The notes under the pieces were generated by a model. It was not told where the DNA came from and did not search any database. It was given only the letters and a program-made list of their open reading frames with translations. 64,000 nucleotides of DNA from Octopus vulgaris (lineage: Eukaryota): NCBI GenBank assembly GCA_951406725.2, contig OX597837.1, forward strand, positions 38,874,001 to 38,938,000, written 5' to 3'. Position 1 is the stretch's first letter. Each line of letters starts with the position of its first letter. Below are positions 1-12,437 of this stretch, in pieces. The position numbers and the translations under genes are program-made.

Positions 1-909
1 TTTGTTTACATACATGTGTGAAATGGCAAATGTTTGTGCAGTTGTCCGAAATGGAACCAGGGTAAATGTGTGGAACTGATGTATTATAATGAATAGTCCT
101 TCTTGAACTGAAAACCAGTGGTGTAGCATATAAGATGATAAGGGATCTTCTTCTAGCCAAAATGGATGACCAGTCTGAATGGCTCACCCCTGTCACAGAC
201 ACACACGCACACACACGTTAGCTTACAATGTCTGTCAACAATTGACACTGTCGTATATATTAGCGTGTCTATGTGTCTAAAGAGGAAGTAGGAGTAATAG
301 GCAGAGTAAAGGCTTCAGAGTGAAAAGTTAAAATATTGAGTTTTCTCGAATTTTGTCTTAATTGGGGTGAAATTGAAAGAAATTTTGTATGGCATGACCG
401 AATGGGAGTACTTGTAAAAATCATAGGTAAACTGTAATTGAAGAAATTGTGTGAGGAGTAAATCGTTATGTATTTATTTGTTTCTGTTTGCTGTTTTTTT
501 TTTTTTGAGTAGTGTTGTAAGGTGCACTTGCAAAGAGAAAGTCGGAGAAATTAGGGTGATAGCATGAGTGACGCAGTTCATCCGTTTTATATAAATACTT
601 TCACTTTAATCATTGCACACTTGCAAAGAGAAAGGAGGAGAAATTAGGGTGATGGCATGAGTGAAACATTTCGCTCCGTTTGTGTGTGTGCTGTAGCCCA
701 CACTAAGAAAAGCACTTCACTTACACACCACAAAGTGAGTTTTCTCGAAATTTTGCTTAATTGGGGTTGAAATTTGAAAAACTGGACCTGGCACGACCCG
801 ATGTATTCTCTTAAAAATGCTAGGTAAATTGTAATTGAAGAAATCCTATATTGTAGATTTCTATTAGAGACAAAGGGAGGCAGATAAAATCTGCCTTTTA
901 TAATAAGAT
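1..909 (-). mobile_element. 5' portion of a non-autonomous Helitron (same family as 33380-35642), running off the window start
   Basis: Reverse complement aligns to 33380-34250, including the 5' terminus TCTTATTATAAAAGGCAG; it abuts a (TA)n tract. Confidence 0.75.
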
Positions 910-1018
910 ATATATATATATCGTGTGTGGTATGTCATGTTTGCCAGTAAGCCATAAAATAATTTCCAAACATTAATGTTTTTTGTGACTCTTTTATTTT
1001 AGAAGTCACCTATTTCAG

Positions 1019-1085
1019 CTAGGGTGAAAGAAAGGATTACACGTCAAAATATCCAACCCACAGGCAGAAAGACATTGAAGCAAAA
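1019..1085 (+). CDS. Gene A short basic linker exon (phase 1->2), ARVKERITRQNIQPTGRKTLKQ
   Basis: tatttcAG acceptor (a same-frame phase-0 ttttAG also exists at 1001-1002), AA|GTAAGT donor, open frame; the exit phase matches the acceptor of the next CARD exon; conserved at 36270-36336. Confidence 0.7.
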
Positions 1086-1489
1086 GTAAGTATTTCTAAT
1101 ATTTTTGATGTTGTAATTCCATTACCGTTGTTGTTGTTGTTGGTAGTGATGTTGTTGAACCCAAAGTGAGCCTCAAGCTATGTATATTTATATCCATGTG
1201 TATGTTTATATCATCATGGCTCGGCTTCGTGAACGAAGATCAGGAAGGCTTTCCATGTCGCATGCATGCATGCTCATGACTGAGAAGTCTGATATGGGAA
1301 AGGCAGGTCCGTGAGCAGTGTCCACAGACGAAGGTAACATCCGGTTTGGTGTCAGAGGCGGCTCACTCCTTCCTTCTGCGTCTCTTGTCTTTAAGCGCAT
1401 CTCTTCTTTGTTCCTCAAACTTGCTGTCTGCGTTGAAGATCGTGTGGTGCCAGACATCACGGTCTGCAGCCAGGTCTGACCTGCATTAA

Positions 1490-1722
1490 GTCGGCGAGCT
1501 GGCAGAAACGTTAGCACGCCAGGCGAAATGCTTAGCGGTATTTCGTCTGCCGTTACGTTGTGAGTTCAAATTCCGCCGAGGTCGACTTTGCCTTTCATCC
1601 TTTTGGGGTCGATAAATTAAGTGCCAGTTACGCACTGGGGTCGATGTAATCAACTTAATACCTGTGTCTGTCCTTGTTTGTCCCCTCTGTGTTTAACCCC
1701 TTGTGGGTAGTAAAGAAATAGG
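1490..1722 (+). mobile_element. tRNA-derived SINE, family 1 (core GCCTTTCATCCTTTCGGGGTCGATAAA)
   Basis: B-box-like GAGTTCAAATTCC; many dispersed copies (17574, 20057, 25830, 28280, 36740). The core resembles the Nin/Deu SINE domain (inference). Confidence 0.8.
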
Positions 1723-2561
1723 TCCGACCAGCATTGGTGGTTAATTTGACATAGAAAACACATATATACATGGTGTTTTGGGCTAAATTTTGATGATATT
1801 GCCTTCTTTTTCTCAGGAATATCTCGATGTATTGGTAAACGGTCATCATCATCATCATTGTTTAACGTCCGTTTTCCATACTGGCATGGGTTGGACGGTT
1901 CAAATTGGGTCTGGGTCGCCGGAAGGCTGCACCAGGCCCAGTGTGATATGGCAGTGTTTCTACTGCTGGATGCCCTTCCTAACGCCAACCACTTCGTGAG
2001 TGTAGTGGGTGCTTTTTACGTGCCACTGGCACAGGTGCCAGACAAGGCTGGCAAATGGCCACGATCGAATGGTGCTTTTTATGTGCCACTGGCACACATT
2101 TATATACTGTTGCGAAATATTTTAATATATTTTAATTTTTATGTATTAATTGTATTAATCGAATTATATTTCTATATAATTAATTACAATATGTATTTTG
2201 AATCCGCTCTACGATTTAAGGTTTTTCCTTGATTTTCTTTATAATGTATACTGAATTCATTTATTTTTGTCGCATGCTTAAGACTGTTATTTGATAAGAC
2301 CAATGAAACAAATCCATTTTTAAAGGTGTGTACTTTAACTAGTTTTGATCAAATTATTATTTCGGTTTTATTTTAACAAAACTGTCCGACGAACGGGAAC
2401 GTGAAACTCCGAGTAACAGCTTCTGTTGAATTTCTGCTGCTTTTAAATAAAGCATATTACTCTACCTCTGGTATTTGAGTACTCTCTTTTCCACCTTGTT
2501 TCACATTTATGTGCTTACTCCGGTGTATATATATATATATCATCATCATATATATATATAT

Positions 2562-3428
2562 AGGCGCAGGAGTGGCTGTGTGGTAAGTAGCTTACTAACC
2601 AACCACATGGTTCCGGGTTCAGTCCACTGCGTGACATCAAGGACATGTGTAGACTTGAAAGAAATGAAGCTAGCATGATCCGCTGGATGTGTAATGTCAG
2701 TGTGCACACACAACAGAGTGCCCTGAGAGAAATGCTGGACATAAGAAGCATCGGATGTGGCGTGCAAGAGAGACGTCTGCGCTGGTATGGTCATGTACTG
2801 CGGATTGATGAGGAGAGATGTGTGAAGTGCCACTCCCAAACAGTTGAATGTATGCGGGGTAGAAGTAGACCCAGGAAGACATGGGATGAGGTGGTCAAGC
2901 ATGACCTTCGAACGTTTGGCCTCACAGAGGCAATGACGAAAGACTGAGACCTCTGGAGATACGCTGTGACTGAGAAGACCCAACAAATCACGTGAGTTCA
3001 TGGCTGTTTCTGCACCAGCTTCACATAGAGGCCCTAGCCCTTCCAAAGTACCTTAGATTGCAGGACGGCCTGCTGTGCTTACCTTGGATCGTAGGGTAAC
3101 CTGCTGTCTTTGAGGAGACCTATTGAGTCAAGTACATCAACATCAAAATAAATATCAAATGGAAATTGTAGTTGTGATACCTGTGCCAGTGGTACATAAA
3201 AAGCACCAACCGATCGTGGCCGTTGCCAGCCTCTCCTGGCACTTGTGCCAGTGACATGTAAAAAGCACCCACTACACTCTCGGAGTGGTTGGCGTTAGGA
3301 AGTGCATCCAGCTGTAGAAATACTGCCAGATCAGACTGGTGCCTGGTGCAGCCTCCTGGCTTCCCAGACCCCGGCTGAACCGTCCAATCCATGCTAGCAT
3401 GGAAGACAGATGCTAAACGATGATGATG

Positions 3429-3430
<2 letters not shown>
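2562..3430 (+). mobile_element. SINE family-2 head fused to an RTE LINE 3' fragment (RT C-terminus, 3' UTR, (GAT)n tail); paralog at ~37834-38705
   Basis: GGCGCAGGAGTGGCTGTGTGG head; ORF 2645-2947 contains RRLRWYGHVLR..RPRKTW; ends AAACGATGATGAT. Confidence 0.8.
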
Positions 3431-3479
<49 letters not shown>

Positions 3480-6400
3480 ATAGAGAGAGAGAGAATGGAA
3501 GTAATAACAAGTGAATGAGAATAATGATGGAAGGGTTAAAAAAGTGTAAAAATAAAGATAAAATTAAATAAAACTAAAGCCAAAACATTAAAAATTATTG
3601 AAAGTGGGTAGAAATAAACACTACGTAGTGTAGTAATTCTACACTAGGGTGTCTGTAGAAAGTTGATTTTGATTTCGGAATATAAAGAGGAAAAATTCGG
3701 ATCTTGAGAATTTTCCAAAAGTCCTCTCCCCACCTCAAGATTTTCCCCACAGATTACTTTATAGTCATAATGCATGCTGTTTGGAAGGTATTTAAACAAA
3801 ATTTCAATAAAAAAATATTAATTTTCCTAACAGTTACAGGGGGAAAACTTGAATCTTGTGAATTTTCCAAAAGCCCTCTCCCCACCTCAAGATTTTCCCC
3901 ACAGATTACTTTATAGTCATAATGCATGCTGTTTGGAAGGTATTTAAACAAAATTTCAATAAAAAAATATTAATTTTCCTAACAGTTACAGGGGGAAAAC
4001 TTGAATCTTGTGAATTTTCCAAAGCCCTCTTCCCACCACCTTGGAAAAGATTTTCCCCACAAATTTCTTTATAATGGTGATGTATGCCGTTTGAATGGTA
4101 TTTCTATAAAATTTCATTGAAAAATCCCATTTTCCTAAAAGTTATGAGGGAAAAACTCAGATCTTGTGAATTTTCTGAGGTCCTCTCCCAAAATGCTTTG
4201 CGCGCATTTTAATTTTCTTTTTCAAATTCATTTCCGACATATTGTTTTACATGCTTTGTACTATTTTTTTCTGATTTTCGATTCTGGGTCAAGTTGTAAA
4301 CATTAACCCCTTTGGTCATGTTGTAAATGTTAACCCCTCCACCCACACGGTTTTCACTAATAAGGAAAAAAACTCGAATTTTTTTTTGCATGGAATCAAG
4401 TACCTGACCTTCTAGTGTGTGGCAAACCCCTCATTTTTGTTCAGAAACAAAAGTGTGTGTGTGTGTGCCCCCACTGCATCCCAGAATCATTGGAAATTTT
4501 TTTTTTCGGGGAATGAATTATGGTGGCCTCCTAACATGCTACAAAACCGATTTTTTTTGTTCCAGAAAACAAGTTGAAGTGGAACCCTTGGAAATTTTAC
4601 CCCCCCTTCTCCCCGCTCCTAACATTTTATAGAAATACGTTTTCCAGAAATACACGGATCATTATTAAATATATAAAGATTGTGAATTAATATGCTAACA
4701 TTTACGTTGTGTATTTGATGTTGAAAATAATTTTTCTGAAGTCTTAGTGTATGCATATATATATTCTGTAAATAATAACAATCGTATTTTACAAGCAATC
4801 AAGGAAAATAGTTTAATAATGGGGCATATAAACCCTTGACAGAGAAAAAGTAGGTTTTTCCATACTCGTGGGACTTTAACCGCACCTCTTTGTTTTCGCA
4901 ACAAGTATGCTACCATTACACTAGCACACAACCTGCTTCATTCCATCAGATTTTATCATCATCATCATCGTTTAGCGTCCACTTTCCATGCTGGCATGGG
5001 TTGGATGGTTCAACTGGGGTCTGGGAAGCCAGAAGGCTGCACCAGGTCCAGTCTGATCTGGCAATGTTTCTACAGCTGGATGCCCTTCCTAATGCCAACC
5101 ACTCCATGAGTGTAGTGGCTGCTTTTTACGTGCCACCAGCACAGGTGCCAGACAGGGCTGGCAAACGGCCATGATCGGATGGTGCTTTTTATGTGCCACC
5201 GGCACGGAGGCCAGACGAGGCTGGCAATGCCACGATCAGATGGTGCTCTTTATGTGCCACCGGAACGGAGGCCAGTCGGGGTGGCGCTGGCAACGGTCAC
5301 TTTTGGAAAGAACTATAATTAGTTTGTAGTGTTGTTTTTGTAAACAAACTTTCATGTGCTTTTACTGCAATGGTTTTTGTTAAGCAGCATTGATTTTTAC
5401 AGTTCTGTAAGTAATAATAATAATAATAGTGTTTTATAAGCTTAAAGCTTATAAGCGATCTCCGCTCAATGACTAAAGAAAATGGCCCAATAATAGAGCA
5501 TATAAGCCCTCGACAGAAAAATGTAGGTTTTCCTGTATGCATGGGACTCGAACCCACACCTCTTTGCTTTTACGTTGCGTACCCTCCCCTTTTTTGAGAA
5601 CAAAAATAAGGGATTTGCCGCACAATAGGCGGTCAGAGTACTTGTTTCCACGTGAAAAACCCGAGTATTTTTTGTTAGTGAAAATCGTATGGGTGAACGT
5701 ATCAAAATTTACCAATTTTGTTTTTAATCCACGTAGTTGTGATACCAGTGCCAGTGGCACGGAAGACAATCATCTGAATGTGGCCATAGCCAGCGCCGCC
5801 CCGACTGGCCTCCTGTGCCAGTGGCACGTAAAAAACACCATCCGATCGTGGCCGTTGCCAGCCTCGCCTGGCCTCCGTGCCGGTGGCACGTAAAAAGCAC
5901 CATCCGAGCATGGCCGTTTGCCAGCCTCGTCTGGCACCTGTGTCGGTGGCATGTAAAAAGCACCCACTACACTTACGGAGTGGTTGGTGTTAGGAAGGGC
6001 ATCAAGCCGTAGAAACACTACCAGATCAGACTAGGTCTGGTGCAGCCGTCTGGCTTCCCAGACCCCAGTTGAACCGTCCAACCCATGCTAGCATGGAAGC
6101 GGACGTTAAACGATGATGATGTTCAAAAATACAGAGATTACAAATCTGAGATTTTTTCTTTTTAATTAAAGTTTTTGCGGTTGTAAGGTGGTGTGGAAAA
6201 CATTTGTTTTATGTGAATTGAAAAAATATTCCCACTTTCTCTTACATATCCAACTTTCTATTGGTATTAGAAGAACTTTTGCACAGCTTCCACCTGTAAT
6301 CAACTGTTTTGCACACCTGTAATCAACTGTTTTGCTTATTTCTAACTTTTTTGACATTTTTTTTGTTTCTTTGTTTGGACTTTTTTTCCCTAATTATTTT

Positions 6401-6801
6401 TAACTTTGATTTTCGAGATGGATTAGATAATTGCAAAGATGGTCTGTAAACATAACTTATTTATCTGTACGTTTTCATAAATGCGATCACCCCTACAAAT
6501 AACTGCACACAGTTCTTGGGGGCTTGACAATTATGGCTGAAGTCGGCCACAATTTTATCTTTTGAAATTAAGAAAGATACGTAAAAATAACTTCTTTTGC
6601 ACACACACACACACACACATGTGCGCTCTAGGTAAAACTTCTGTATGTATTATAAAATTACAGCTCAACTTCAATTAAATTGACCTTTTTTTATTTTGTA
6701 ATTCATATTTGTGATGTTTATATTTTCACTCCCCATCCACCACCATCATCATAATATTTATTTTTATTTTCTATTTTTCGATCTTACCAAACTTTGCAAA
6801 G

Positions 6802-7301
6802 ATTCATCCTGACCAGTGAAAAAATGTCAGATCAACCAAAGGAAATTCGAGGCAGTCAACTGACAAAACAGAACCTGCGAAAACCCAAATCTGATCCATT
6901 GCCAAGCATGTCAGGCTGTAAAGTGCCATTTGAGAAAAGCAGTAAGAAATTCCCCAATAAGAATATTTCTCAGTTGGCATCAGTTGTTGATGAATCGACA
7001 GACAGCAATTCTGAAAAGATGATGAGTGAAGAACATAAGAAATTGGTGAAGGACAACTGTGTGGAGTTAGTGCAGAATATGTTCGCGAATGAGGTATTGG
7101 ATCATTTGTTGCAGAAGGATGTATTAACAATGTCTGAAAAGGACCGAATCAAAGCTGAAGGAGCATCTATGAATGAAAAACTCATTGATACAATCATGTG
7201 CAAACCAGATAAGGCTTTCTTTGTGTTTGTAGCTGCCCTGAAGAACACTGGTGAACCTCATTTGGCCGATTTGCTGTCACCTGCAAAAAAGCGAAAACCA
7301 G
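6802..7301 (+). CDS. Gene A linker+CARD exon (phase 2->1)
   Basis: CARD pattern EHKKLVKDNCVELVQNMFANEVLDHLLQKDVLT..E..I..LIDTIMCKPDKAFFVFVAALKNTGEPHLADLL; donor CCAG|GTAATT; phase-2 AG acceptors end at 6801 and 6816. Confidence 0.85.
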
Positions 7302-7338
7302 GTAATTTCTTTATACACAAATACACCCACCTATGCTT

Positions 7339-7371
<33 letters not shown>

Positions 7372-8203
7372 TACCCACTCTCTCGCACGCATGCATGTGA
7401 ATAGGTATGGCTCTGTGGTAAAGAAGTTCATTTTCCAGTCGGATTGTTTCCGGTTCAGTCCTACTGTATGGCACTTTGGACAAGTGTTTTCCAAATTCTT
7501 GTGAGTGTATTTGGTAGAAGGAAACTGCAAATCAACCTGTTGTATATATGTGCCTATATGTATATATACACACAATTTGCTGTCACCTGCAAAGAAGCGA
7601 AAACAAGGTAATTTCTTCACACACATACACCCACCCACTCTCTCGCACACCTGTGAATAGGTAGTTTCTTGTTATTATAAAACCTGCTTAACCATATTAG
7701 GCAGACTTTATAATGACAAGAAATGTTTAGCGGCTCTCAATTTAATATTTTGTACATTAAATAATATTTATCTTCCAGCAAATGGAGGACATTTTTTGTT
7801 GATCGGAACACTAAACTCTGTGTGTGAGTATTATGTATGTATATATGTATATATACACATACACAGACATGAATATATTAGCATATACATATATAAATAC
7901 AAGCAATAAGTTTCTTCTGTGGTTTTCCAAATCCACCCACAAGGCTTTGTTTGGGCCATGGCTATAATAGAAATCACACAGCTAAGGTGTCGCACAGTGG
8001 GACTGAACCTAACATCACATGCTTGGAAAGCAAACTACTTACCACACAGCCACATCTGTAACCATACATACATATATGCATACACACACACCCCTACCTA
8101 CATACATACATACATACATAGGTACTGTAAACTTAGAGTGAATACTTGATAAGTGTAAGCACCTGTATATGCCAGATAGTGGCAGAGGTGAGAGAGAATA
8201 TAT

Positions 8204-8823
8204 TGTTACGACACACAGGGTGGGATCACCTCGATTTTGATTCGTCAAAAAATTGATGACGTTTTACCTCAGTGGTCAAGCTTGTCGCCCTGCTTGGTCG
8301 GTTTCCTCACAAGATACAGTTATGGGTCAGACCCGATTTTGATTTGTCAAAAAATTGATGACGTTTTTCTTCCGTGGTCAAACTAGTCGTTCTGCTGGGC
8401 TAGCCACCTAACAGGATACAGTCATGGGTCAGATCTAATTTCGATTCGTAAAAAAATTGATGACGTTTTTCTTCCGTGGTCAAACTTGTCGTTCTGCTTG
8501 GTTGGTTTCCTAACAGGATACAGTTAGGGGTCTTTTCCCTATATTCGTTGAGGCTTGGTTTTGATTGGTTTGGAATTATATGACGTCAGTGAACAGTGCC
8601 AGAGACCAGGACCACCACTACTGCTCTCACAGCCACAGCTTAGCTGATATAAATCCAACAGTCACAAAATTTACCAAAATTACGCCAGCAGACGCTGACC
8701 AAGAATCATTACTGTTGCTCCCATTGGAACACAAGGTAAAATCTATAATGAACTCCTCGCCTTTTCAAGAACATGGATTCTATTGAATGTATATAGCATG
8801 GACTCTATTGAATGTATGTAACA
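8204..8823 (+). mobile_element. Possible solo LTR-like element with internal ~115-120 bp tandem repeats
   Basis: Starts TGTTAC and ends GTAACA; 3 units containing AAAAAATTGATGACGTTTT, plus GATTGG and TGACGTCA motifs; no convincing TSD. Confidence 0.4.
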
Positions 8824-9828
8824 ATTATGAACTGTTCCATTATACTCTTTATTATAAAAATTTTTTTGATAAGGTTCGTTATTTCAAGAACTGAAACATG
8901 TAAAATTAAAATTTATCTAATATAGTGGCATTTTCAAACTTCTTTTTTACATATATATATATATATATATATAAATATATATGTGTGTGTATATATATAT
9001 ATATATATATGTGTATATATATATATGTATATATATATATGTGTATGTATATTTATATATACACATATACATACATACATACATATATATATGTATATAA
9101 GCACAGTTTCGTCTTCCATGTTGTATGTTTAGAGAAAAAAACTTAAGATCCCTTCACTCAATCCAACTCTCCCTCTTTCTCCCTTCTCCCTCTCTTTCAT
9201 GCTCATTTATTATTAATATCATTATTATTATTATTATTATTATTGGTCATTTGTTAATTCATTTATCTAAGTTTGTCACAGTTTGGCTGACCAAAAACTG
9301 TTGGTTTTAGCTCTAGTTAAGAATACAAATTCCCAATTCTATCTCATTATTATTATTACTATTCTTTCACACTGGCAGCCTGAGTTTTCACTGTTTTACG
9401 GTGTGTCCATCCTTCCCACCCCCACCACCTGTACCGCAAGTCTTTATCCTCTGACCCAGTGGTTTTCAACCAGGGTTCCTCCAGTACAGTCCAGGGGTTC
9501 CGCAAAAAGTTACAAAACTGCTAAAATCGACAGTAATTTTTAATTCTCCTGTGCAGATATGTGTGCATAAGACAATTAAATTATTGCGCAGGGAATGTTT
9601 CCTTGGGGTTCCGCTCCAGCAAAAAGTTTGAAAAGCACTGCTCTGACCCCTATCAGATGTCTTTTCCCTGATCACCTCCAAAAGCTTAATACTTCCCAAT
9701 CCCTACTTAGGGTTTATCTCTTATGCAATGTAGTGATTAAATTAGTGTATAAAATGATGGTGTAGTGTGCGCAGGTTGAGGGCTATTGTATGTTTATGAG
9801 TTCTGCCAAATGCGATCTTTCTTTTCAG

Positions 9829-12437
9829 GTACACGATGCTGCCGTTACCTACCCCAGAAACGCGCGGGCCCACGCAGAGTTGGCACATTGAAAGGTAGGT
9901 CTGGTGAGATTGTTGAAATGCTTGAACTGAGATGTACTGCATCCAACAAATAAGGTGGAAAGGAAGTTCTGCTAGGTTCTTTACAGGCAAAGAATATAGG
10001 TATAAGATTTTCTGGGTAGGGAACACTGACGGGGTTGGGGGCATGGGACTACTTCTTGCGGAGAAAAAATATGGGTTGATAAGGTAATCGAGGTAGTCAG
10101 AGTTTGTCATAAAATACTTAAGCTTAGATTAGTGCTGCAACATAGGTTAGCTACCATTATCTCGGCTTACACCCTCAGCCAGGGCTACCTGATGAACAAA
10201 AGACCGATTTTATGACACCCTCTTGCAGGCTACTGTGTCGGCGAATTAAAGGGACCTTCTTTTTGTGACAGGCAACTTCAATGGGCATAGACAACATGCA
10301 GGGGGCTTCCATGGTGTACACAGTGGATATGGTTCCCACAATGCAAATGATCTTATGGTTTGTAATACACCTATTCATCTACCAGTCTCGAGGTCACACT
10401 AGTCACACTAGTCAAATTGACTACATCCTCACCAGGAAACGGGAAAGACGGCTATTTATAAATGTCAAAACCATCACAGGTGAAGAATGCACATTACAAC
10501 ATAGATTAGTAGCTAGTGACTTCAGGATCAGGGCTAAATCGATGCCCAGAAGACAACCAGCATGGAAAAAAGGGTCTGGAAGCTTAAGGATCCTGTGAAT
10601 AAATAGAGATGTATTACTTAAAGCTTTTGACAAAATAGAGGAGGATATAGCATCATATGATGTGGAAGACAACTGGAGGTTCTTACGGGACAACCTATTG
10701 AGGGCTACTGACAAGATCTGTGAATGGTGCAAAGTTTCCTCTTGACCCAAGGTAACGTAGTGGTGGAACAATGTAGTTGACAGAGCCATTAGGGAAAAGA
10801 AACAGACTTAGGAGGACTGGAAGAACGGTGGTAGTAGGGAATTGTATCAGTTTGCCAGAAGGGAAGCTAGGAGACAGGTTTACTTAGCTAGAGGTGAAGC
10901 AGATAAGAAAAATTTGCCAATTTTCTGTGTTGTGAGGACTAAAGACTTGAAGTGTTTTGTGTTGCAAGACTGTGAGAGAGAATCATGATGTTGTAGGAGA
11001 GAAATGTGTCCGCATGGATGATGGTTCACTTGCATTTAATGAGGCTGCAGAGAGATGTGGAGACGCCACTGTAAAAGGTTGCTAAATGAAGAGAATGAAT
11101 GGGAGAAAGAGAGTCTGCCGAATATCAACCCAAGAGAGGGACTAGCTATCTTAATTGACAGTACCTTGGTAGATAAAGCAATTAAGGGTATGAAGTCGGG
11201 GAAAGTCCCTGGCCCATCAGGAATCACTGTAGAGATGCTTAAAATATTTGGCAGCATTGGCTATAGTCTAGTCACCCATATAGACAATCAGGTGATACAT
11301 GAAGGAGTTATACCCAATGACTGGTGTAGCAGCACCATAGGCAACTGCTATAAAGGTAGGAATAATTGCAGAGGTATGAAGTTGTTGAATCAAGTAATGA
11401 AAGTCATGGAGAGGGTCATAGCCCAACTAATTAGAGAGAGTGTTAGATTAGATAAGACACAGTTTGGGTTTGTGCCAGGGAAAAGCACCACTGATGCTAT
11501 ATTTCTGGTAAGGCATCTGCAGGAGAAATATCTGACCAAAGATAAACCTCTGTACTTGGCTTTTGTTGACTTGGAGAAAGCCTATGACAGGGTCCCCCGA
11601 TCCCTTATCTGGTGGTCAATGCGGAAACTGGAGATAGACGAGTGGTTGGTAAGAGCTGTACAGGGATGCTGTCAGTAAGGTGAGGATTGGCAATGAGTAT
11701 AGTGAAGAATTCCGGCTAGAAGTAAGTGTTCACCAAGGATCTGTCCTCATCCCCCTCTTATTCATCATAGTCCTCCAGGCAATAAGAGAGGACTTCAAGA
11801 CAGGCTGCACATGGGAGCTCTTCTATGCTGATCGCCTTGTCACTGCCAGAACTGGGAGACAGAGTTTAGGGTGTGGAAGCAAGGTCTGGAATTGAAGGGC
11901 TTTAGGGTTAACCTAGCAAAAACCAAAGTTTTAATAAGTAGGAAGGCAGACAAATCACAAACCCCTTCAGGTGGATGGCCCTGCTCGATCTGTAAAAAAG
12001 GCATAGGTAGAAACTCCATATGAAGTGCCTGGTGTAAGCTGTAGACACACAAAAGGTGCAGTAATATCAAAGGAATGTTTACCGGAAAGATAGTTTTTGT
12101 GTATGAGAGATACACAGGAGCAAAAAACACTGAAGATGTACAGAGAACAGATTCCATCACACGACAGGGGGAAAAACTAGAAGTAGTTGATAGCTTTTGG
12201 TACCTATGTAACCAAGTCTGTAGTGGGGGTGGTTGCTTTGAGAGTGTAGCGGCTAGAATAAGAATAGCCTGGGCAAATTTCAGGGAGCTCCTACTTCTAC
12301 TGGCAACTAAGGGGCTGTTACTCAGGATGAAAGGTAGACTGTATGATGCATGTGTGCGAACTGCCATGCTACATGGCAGTGAAACATGGGCCATGACTGC
12401 TGAGGACATGTGTAGGCTTAAAAGAAATGAAGCTAGT
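9829..12437 (+). mobile_element. Decayed RTE-clade LINE (AP endonuclease + RT) in the last intron of gene A
   Basis: Fragments IDYILTRK, QFGFVPGKSTTDAIF, LAFVDLEKAYDRVP, LFYADR, AMLHGSETW, broken by stops and frameshifts. Confidence 0.9.

Larger units (their letters stand above)
911..8203 (+). repeat. Segmental duplication, paralog of ~36170-43347
   Basis: Near-identical sequence and ORF pairs (1206/36457, 4890/40013, 6794/41935); offset about 35.1-35.3 kb. Confidence 0.95.

Noticed and set aside
1206-1517. 103-aa minus-strand ORF conserved at 36457
   Set aside because: Its start lies within a SINE, the conservation is explained by the recent duplication, and no domain is recognisable.
1490-1580. 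tRNA gene
   Set aside because: A tRNA-like SINE head attached to a multi-copy body; no proper cloverleaf.
7302-7504. ORF extensions past KRKPG as true coding sequence
   Set aside because: They run through (CT)n/(CA)n microsatellites after a conserved GT donor, so they are intronic.
7779-7823. 45-nt in-frame exon in gene A
   Set aside because: The GTGAGT donor is absent from both paralogous copies.
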